DNA of 36,117 nt from Oculatellaceae cyanobacterium bins.114 (GTDB lineage: Bacteria > Cyanobacteriota > Cyanobacteriia > Elainellales > Elainellaceae): positions 1 through 36,117 of the forward strand of contig JANRJA010000233.1 of assembly GCA_033764315.1 (NCBI GenBank), written 5' to 3'. The position numbers and the translations under genes were made by a program. The notes beneath the pieces are model-generated. The model was not told the DNA's origin. It searched no databases and saw nothing but the letters and a program-made list of their open reading frames with translations. Below, piece by piece: positions 29,537 through 36,117 of the stretch (positions are counted from its first letter, which is position 1; every line of letters begins with the position of its first letter).

Positions 29537-30370
29537 ATGCATACCTGGCACTGGCAGACCTGGCAAGACTTACCCTATCTCACATGCAGCATATTGGACG
29601 CCTTTCCTCACGGATTTTTTACCCAACAATGCTCTCCTCGCCCTCCCGTAGAATTGATTGAGGCTGTGAAACCGCAGGTTCAGGTCTATCAGGTGCGGCA
29701 GGTGCACGGCAATGCGGTGTTAACCCCAACAGAAATCAACTCTGCTTTACAAGCCTGTGCCCCAAGCGATACGGCGATCGAACCCTCTACCTTGCCCCCT
29801 GCCGATGGCGTCTTGACCGAGCAAGGAGCACAGGCCGTGTGGGTGTGCACGGCTGATTGTGTGCCTGCATTGATCGCCGATGTTGAAACAGGGCAAGTAG
29901 CGGCGATTCATGCAGGGTGGCGAGGCACCGCTCAAAAAATTGTGCCCCAAGCGATCGCCCGTTTGCAGCAACAAGGAAGTCAGCTTCAGAATCTTCGAGT
30001 AGCCTTGGGGCCAGCGATCGCGGGTGAGGTCTATCAAGTCTCTACGACCGTTGCGGCTCAGGTCGGAGCCACCGTGGTTAAAGAGGGTGTGGCTGACAGT
30101 GACGCGATGCTAGAGGCTAATCTAGATGCCGTGTTGGATGCTCTGCATCAACTCCCCGACTCGCCGCTATTGGCTGATCCTGAACCCGGACGAGCACGTC
30201 TTGATGTGCGCCGAGTCAATGCCTTGCAACTAGAACAACTGGGAATTGCCCCCGAACAGATTGCGATCGCCCCCTATTGCACCTATCAACACGCTGACTA
30301 CTTCTTTTCTTATCGTCGCGATCGGTTAAAGAAAGTTCAGTGGTCGGGCATTGTTAGTCAAGACCCATAA
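29537..30370 (+). CDS. pgeF: PgeF/YfiH family protein
   Basis: QVHG, TADCVP, HAGWRG, GPAI and CT...FFSYRR motifs. Confidence 0.92.
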   Translation: MHTWHWQTWQDLPYLTCSILDAFPHGFFTQQCSPRPPVELIEAVKPQVQVYQVRQVHGNAVLTPTEINSALQACAPSDTAIEPSTLPPADGVLTEQGAQAVWVCTADCVPALIADVETGQVAAIHAGWRGTAQKIVPQAIARLQQQGSQLQNLRVALGPAIAGEVYQVSTTVAAQVGATVVKEGVADSDAMLEANLDAVLDALHQLPDSPLLADPEPGRARLDVRRVNALQLEQLGIAPEQIAIAPYCTYQHADYFFSYRRDRLKKVQWSGIVSQDP

Positions 30371-30447
30371 GGTAAATCAGAGAGCAGTCATGAGTCGGGT
30401 TTGCGTCCACCCATCTACTCGTTGCCCGTACTTTATTTGCCCGTACT

Positions 30448-32088
30448 TTATAACGTCTCTAATTGCGCCACCAACTTAACGTTGAACTCTTCTTCAAAAC
30501 AGCCTTTTCTGTAATCGAGGCTCCACAATTCGAGAGCACAGTCATCGGCAGGGTCAGCCGCTTGCAAGTGCAAAGCAAGTTGGTGGACATCGAGCTGATA
30601 ATCACACCGCACCTGCTCAATGGCACCAATTTGGCGGCGATCGAGGGCAACAGCTAACCGCAATAGACCATTGAGCTGCTCAACGACTTTGCGATGTTTT
30701 TTGCTGGTGATGTTGCGATAATTTTCGTGTTTCTTTTTCGGACAGCTCTTGCGGTGATAGCGAGCGAGATTGGCGATCGTCTCAACTTCGACCTCGGTGT
30801 AGCCCAACAAATCCCCATTGCGAATCAAGTAGTAAGAGTGCTTGTGGTGTGACGAGTGGCTGATAAAGTGGCCGCTGTTGTGTAGAATAGCCGCTGCCCA
30901 AAGCAGTTCACGTTCCTCTTCGCCCCAGCCATGCAGCACCCCTTGCAACTGGTCAAACAGGCTCAAGGTAAAGCGGGCAACCCGCTCAGCATGTTCTAAA
31001 TTGACCTGATATTTTTGAGCGATTTTGATCACACTGCGTTGGCGTACCGAGCTTTGAAACCGCAAGCGATCTTCGATCAACCCGTGGGTCAACATCCAAT
31101 CGACCACAACTCCTTCTCGTAGCGATCGCTCACAGATCGTCACGGAGTCTGCTCCTAACAGAGTCATGGCCTCCTGCAAGATCAGTGCTCCTGCCACAAT
31201 GATTTCAGAACGCCGCTCTGACATCCCCGGTAACAGCGATCGCTCAGTGTAATTGAGCTTGCGGAGGCGATTGACGATCTCACGCAAATCGCGCAAACTC
31301 ATTTGATAGCCGTTAAGCGGGGTGGGGGCGGTGCCAAACTTATCTCGTGCATGCAACACGGCCAACGTTTCAATCGTGCCAGAGGTGCCCACGAGACGAA
31401 ACTGTTCCCCTGGTTTGAGCTGTGCCTGCAACTCTTCAACCGGACGCTCTAACATGCCCCGGATGTAGGCTTGCAGATATTGAAACTCGTGAGTAGTCAT
31501 CGGGTCAGTGCTGACCAACTCGGCGGTGAGTCGCACGGCTCCCACTTTGGTGCTGCTGAGAAAACGGGGTTCGTTGCTATCCCCTAAAATTAACTCGGTG
31601 GAACCACCCCCAATATCAATGATGGCGTGGGGTTGATTTTGAAACTCCATCCCCGACAGCACCCCTAAATAGATGCGGCGTGCCTCTTCTTGACCCGCAA
31701 TCAGGTTGATGATCAACCCCAGATCTTCTTCAACTTGTTGCAAAAAAGCCCGTCCGTTAGGCGACTCGCGCACCGCACTCGTGGCAACTGCCACAATCTC
31801 TTCTGCATTAAGGCTTTTGGCGATCTCCTGACAGCGTTTTAAGGCGTCGGTCGCCCGTTCCATCGCTTCGGGGGTGAGTTCACCCGTACTTTTGTTGCGA
31901 TCGCCCAGTCGCACGGTTGCTTTTTCACGGGCAATGATCGTAAAGCTCGGCAGTTGAGGTTGAACCTGAACAACGACCATGTGAATTGAATTGGTGCCTA
32001 CATCGATCGCGGCAAGAATGCGATCGCGCTCTAGCTCAGGCGAAGGGTTCAGCAGAGTGTCTCTGCTTTCATAGACCAAATTGATCAT
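30448..32088 (-). CDS. ppx: Exopolyphosphatase Ppx/GppA
   Basis: AIDVGTNSIH, ATSAVRE, DIGGGSTE, LREG and a C-terminal HD-like domain (HHKHSYYLI). Confidence 0.94.
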   Translation of the reverse strand: MINLVYESRDTLLNPSPELERDRILAAIDVGTNSIHMVVVQVQPQLPSFTIIAREKATVRLGDRNKSTGELTPEAMERATDALKRCQEIAKSLNAEEIVAVATSAVRESPNGRAFLQQVEEDLGLIINLIAGQEEARRIYLGVLSGMEFQNQPHAIIDIGGGSTELILGDSNEPRFLSSTKVGAVRLTAELVSTDPMTTHEFQYLQAYIRGMLERPVEELQAQLKPGEQFRLVGTSGTIETLAVLHARDKFGTAPTPLNGYQMSLRDLREIVNRLRKLNYTERSLLPGMSERRSEIIVAGALILQEAMTLLGADSVTICERSLREGVVVDWMLTHGLIEDRLRFQSSVRQRSVIKIAQKYQVNLEHAERVARFTLSLFDQLQGVLHGWGEEERELLWAAAILHNSGHFISHSSHHKHSYYLIRNGDLLGYTEVEVETIANLARYHRKSCPKKKHENYRNITSKKHRKVVEQLNGLLRLAVALDRRQIGAIEQVRCDYQLDVHQLALHLQAADPADDCALELWSLDYRKGCFEEEFNVKLVAQLETL

Positions 32089-32317
32089 CTGAATGTCCAG
32101 GGTGGCAATACTGGCTTAAGAGGCAAACATCAACGATGATCCAGAGCAAGCCAGGGGAATTAATTGTGGGGAAGCGTTAAACTTATTCTCCCAACTCCAT
32201 ACACCCCTGCAAATCTCTCATCAGGCTAATTTGAAGGCTTATAGCTTATAACTTCACATTCATTCTACTCCGCCACGTCACCATCGACTGCATCCTCACC
32301 TAATCATCAAATTTGGT

Positions 32318-32923
32318 TTAGGTATTCGATGATCTCAGTAGTTCCTGCCCTACGTGTAGATAGTCTTGCCATCCCTCAAGTGCCCGTGGATCTTTGATTT
32401 GGTGGACTATTAGACCCGCCTGTGCCGCTTTTTGAAAGGCAGCAAAGCGTCGAATACCCGTTGTGAATACGGGTAAACCTGTTTCCACCAACATGCCTCT
32501 GACCTGTTCTCCGTCACGGCTCGGTTTAGGCGGAATGATCGTTAACAAGATGCGATAACGGTTAGCCCCAATGGTATTCAAGTAGTCCAATGTTAAGACC
32601 AAGGCTTCCAATGCTAATACGTCGGGGGTCGTTGGCAAAATCAACAGGTCGCAGCCATCTGCCAAAATCTCTAACTCATTTTGCAAAGGTCGTGCCTGGG
32701 TATCAATCACCACATGGTCATATTGCCGAATGTGTTGGGGCGATCGCCACTCATCCACCACTTCAAAGGGCAACTTGCCCCGGTTTGCCCATCCCGACGC
32801 TGAGCGGTTTGGGTCTGCATCAATCAACAGCGTCTCTGCCTGAGTTTGCAGATAAGCCGCCAGATGAATGGCTGTGGTCGTTTTGCCGACACCACCTTTA
32901 AAGCTGGCAACCGTGATGATCAT
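32318..32923 (-). CDS. Small ParA-family ATPase, orphan
   Basis: 201 aa with deviant Walker A KGGVGKTT, LIDADPN and VVIDT. No N-terminal HTH. Confidence 0.88.
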   Translation of the reverse strand: MIITVASFKGGVGKTTTAIHLAAYLQTQAETLLIDADPNRSASGWANRGKLPFEVVDEWRSPQHIRQYDHVVIDTQARPLQNELEILADGCDLLILPTTPDVLALEALVLTLDYLNTIGANRYRILLTIIPPKPSRDGEQVRGMLVETGLPVFTTGIRRFAAFQKAAQAGLIVHQIKDPRALEGWQDYLHVGQELLRSSNT

Positions 32924-32989
32924 GCATCCCTGTCTTTAGGTCTACGATATTCTAGGATGCAGTATTGCGATGCACCTGTGGTATCAAAC

Positions 32990-33877
32990 ATGTTGTCTGA
33001 ACATCCGTCTCAACCCGAATCAACCTGGATGAAAGTCATTCGACTCTTGCGCTGGGATAAACCCGCTGGGCGATTGATTTTGATGATCCCGGCGTTGTGG
33101 GCAGTGGTGTTGGCAGCACGAGGCAATCCGCCCCTGATCTTAATCGGGGTGATCGTCTTGGGAACCCTGGCAACCAGTGCCGCTGGATGTGTGATTAACG
33201 ACCTGTGGGATCGCAATATTGACCCCAAGGTGCAACGAACTCGCAACCGTCCGCTGGCATCACGAGCTTTGTCAGTTAATACGGGTATTGTGGCAGCCCT
33301 CGTCTCGATGTTGTGTGCCTGGGGGTTGTCGTTGTATCTTAACCCGCTGAGTTTTTGGCTGTGTGTGGCAGCGGTGCCTGTGATTGTGCTCTATCCAGGA
33401 GCCAAGCGGGTGTTTCCGGTGCCGCAATTGGTGTTGGCGATCGCCTGGGGGTTTGGTGTGTTGATTAGCTGGTCTGCGGTCACGGCTGCGCTAGAACCTG
33501 CTACCTGGTATTTGTGGGGTGCGACAGTGTTGTGGACTCTGGGCTTTGACACGGTGTATGCAATGGCCGATCGAGATGACGATCGCCGCATTGGGGTGAA
33601 ATCGAGTGCGTTGTTTTTTGGAGCGCGTGCTCCCCATGCGGTGGGCTTGTTTTTTTTAGGAACGGGGTTGCTGCTGGCAATGACAGGGGTGGTGTTGCAG
33701 CTAGGGGCAGGATTTTGGATCACGTTGGGGCTGGCGGCGATCGCCTGGGCATGGCACTATTTGCAGTTGCGCCCCAAGACACCTCATCCTGCCACCTATG
33801 GACGCATCTTTCGGCAAAATGTCTGGATTGGCTTTTTACTGCTAGTGGGCATGGTGTTAGGCACGATCTGGTTGTGA
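32990..33877 (+). CDS. ubiA: 4-hydroxybenzoate solanesyltransferase (plastoquinone pathway, UbiA family)
   Basis: LLRWDKPAG, NDLWDRNID...RTRNRPLAS and DTVYAMADRDDD motifs, multiple TM helices. Start set at ATG 32990 to avoid overlapping parA. Confidence 0.92.
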   Translation: MLSEHPSQPESTWMKVIRLLRWDKPAGRLILMIPALWAVVLAARGNPPLILIGVIVLGTLATSAAGCVINDLWDRNIDPKVQRTRNRPLASRALSVNTGIVAALVSMLCAWGLSLYLNPLSFWLCVAAVPVIVLYPGAKRVFPVPQLVLAIAWGFGVLISWSAVTAALEPATWYLWGATVLWTLGFDTVYAMADRDDDRRIGVKSSALFFGARAPHAVGLFFLGTGLLLAMTGVVLQLGAGFWITLGLAAIAWAWHYLQLRPKTPHPATYGRIFRQNVWIGFLLLVGMVLGTIWL

Positions 33878-33880
33878 TGT

Positions 33881-34717
33881 CTAAACCTGGTCGGGGTCAA
33901 CCCCCAGTTGCCTCAACCGTTCTGCCAACCGTTCTGACCGTTGCTGTTCCTGCTCAACCTGTTCTTCTGGAGTCAAAACCCAGTTACCCTCAGCATCACA
34001 CCAGCGCAACCAGGAACGCGAGATGCCCATATAGTCCCCCTGCCACAACCCTAACCCCAACGCCAATTCAGGAATCCAAATTTGGGGAGGGTTAGAAGCC
34101 AACGGTTGTTGCTCATAGCGTCCACCCACTTGTTTGAAAAACCACAGCTTGTTGGTGTAGCGGCTAAAGACTATGTAATAAGGTACTCTCAAGACTTTTT
34201 CATAAACGTTCCACTTGCTGGGTGGCACGTCTCGTTGAGGTTGATCATTCTCTGGAGTCAATGCTTCGGGGTCAAAGGTGACTTCTGATAAGCCACTCTC
34301 TGCTTCGGTGACTTTGGCGTAGGTTCCTAAGTCTTCAGCCTGCGTACCGGGTGAGAGCAACTCCACCACCACAAAGGGGTCAATGCCTTCTTGCCAGATC
34401 ACATAGCTCGATCGCAAATCGACTCCATCATAGAGACGCGGCACGCCGACGACTAAAAACCAGTCGGGGCGTTTTTGCCAGAGGGGATGGCGGACATCGT
34501 AATAGAGATAAAGGTTAGTTCCTGTAAAGATCTCATTTCGTGGATAACCCGTGAGTCGCAGCGTGGCACTCAACAGTTGCGGTTGGAGATCGTGAAATTC
34601 GTCAGGCAAGCCAGGTTCGTTAGGATCTTCACTGGGCAGATCATACATCGTCGGCAGCGTTTCTCTGGGAGAACGCGGCGGATCAACTTGCTCAAGCGAA
34701 GGGCGAGTGACGGTCAT
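33881..34717 (-). CDS. Uma2 family putative endonuclease
   Basis: LPTMYDLPSEDP.EPGLPDEFH, RPDWF, VVELLSPGT, and the AERLRQLGVDPD tail. Confidence 0.9.
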   Translation of the reverse strand: MTVTRPSLEQVDPPRSPRETLPTMYDLPSEDPNEPGLPDEFHDLQPQLLSATLRLTGYPRNEIFTGTNLYLYYDVRHPLWQKRPDWFLVVGVPRLYDGVDLRSSYVIWQEGIDPFVVVELLSPGTQAEDLGTYAKVTEAESGLSEVTFDPEALTPENDQPQRDVPPSKWNVYEKVLRVPYYIVFSRYTNKLWFFKQVGGRYEQQPLASNPPQIWIPELALGLGLWQGDYMGISRSWLRWCDAEGNWVLTPEEQVEQEQQRSERLAERLRQLGVDPDQV

Positions 34718-34750
34718 GGGATCACCTGGGCGATCGACTCCTTAAAGTAT

Positions 34751-34818
34751 AGATCCCCGACATCTTAAATCTCCCCGGCTGCTTGAATCTCCCCGGTTAC
34801 TTCAAGTAGTCGGGGAGT
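34751..34818. repeat. Short tandem plus inverted repeat cluster (ATCTCCCCG...CTT / AAG...CGGGGAG)
   Basis: Three related ~18-bp units followed by one inverted unit, in the divergent intergenic region. Confidence 0.6.
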
Positions 34819-34868
34819 TAGGGACTCATAAACCAAGCTAAGATCAAGGCAAAATTCCCGACCTGCTT

Positions 34869-35159
34869 ATGCAGACGATTACTGACATTGGCACGCTGAT
34901 CGTAAAAACCCCCGGCACTTGTGGCGATCGCCCCCGCATTGCAGGACATCGACTGACGATTCACAATATTGCGATCGACTTTAATGCAGGTGTGAAGCCA
35001 GAAGACATTCTGGAGCAACGTCCCCAGCTATCACTAGCCAAAATCTACGCGGCACTGACTTATTACTTTGCGAATAAAGAGGCGATCGATGCAGACATTG
35101 CATTTGATGGAGAAGAATATACTCGGCTAGAAGCTGAATACAGGGCAAAGATGCCGTGA
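34869..35159 (+). CDS. DUF433 family antitoxin-like protein
   Basis: PGTCGDRPRIAGHRLTI...PQLSLAKIYAALTYY. Confidence 0.88.
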   Translation: MQTITDIGTLIVKTPGTCGDRPRIAGHRLTIHNIAIDFNAGVKPEDILEQRPQLSLAKIYAALTYYFANKEAIDADIAFDGEEYTRLEAEYRAKMP

Positions 35160-35362
35160 GTCAAATTTGCCTTATAAGTAGCGATTTTCTGTAGGGTGGG
35201 CATCGCCCACCATGTCTCAAAAACTTGTTCAACAGATATCGGTGGGCACTGCCCACCGATATCTGTTGAACTACAATTTGCTTAAAGCTGATGGCAACGA
35301 CATCTGCCGAAGAAATGGTAAATCAACTGGTATTTCTCAGTGCTTATATTGCAGAATCATAG
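35156..35362 (+). pseudogene. Remnant of a DUF5615/PIN-like toxin gene
   Basis: GTG overlapping the DUF433 stop gives MSQICL..., then a stop inside a REP-like insert. The same frame resumes at 35282 as LKLMATTSAEEMVNQLVFLSAYIAES*. Confidence 0.7.
35191..35274. repeat. GTAG-type REP doublet containing a 45-bp perfect palindrome
   Basis: GTAGGGTGGGCATCGCCCACC ... GGTGGGCACTGCCCACC...CTAC. 22-bp perfect arms at 35227-35271. Confidence 0.8.
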
Positions 35363-35394
35363 AGAATAATCGCTCACCCAACGCCCCCACCCCT

Positions 35395-36117
<723 letters not shown>

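Noticed and set aside
30422..30451. 15-bp tandem duplication at the ppx stop
   Set aside because: A simple local slippage duplication with no sign of a mobile element.

Overview
Cyanobacterial chromosomal window (abundant HIP1 GCGATCGC, phycobiliprotein genes). The core (about 6.9-23 kb) is a compact chromatic-acclimation island: a CpcS/CpcV-type lyase divergent from rcaE-rcaF-rcaC-pcyA, then the red-inducible-type cpcB2A2H2I2D2 operon with a perfect L-box, then the linker-less cpcB1A1EF operon. Between the two cpc operons sit two unexplained genes: a 68-aa protein behind an NtcA-type site and a stand-alone ApcE-REP-like linker-domain protein with a Cys-rich tail. An atypical FAD monooxygenase plus a small beta-barrel-like protein follow cpcF. 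The left flank holds redox genes, a nonsense-interrupted gene and a glycogen debranching enzyme. The right flank holds housekeeping genes (obgE, MGMT, M23 peptidase, birA, pgeF, ppx, ubiA), an orphan parA, a Uma2 nuclease, a DUF433 antitoxin with a REP-disrupted toxin, and a pentapeptide protein cut by the window end. A MITE-like element occurs three times. All family assignments come from motif recognition and recalled sequences, not from database searches.
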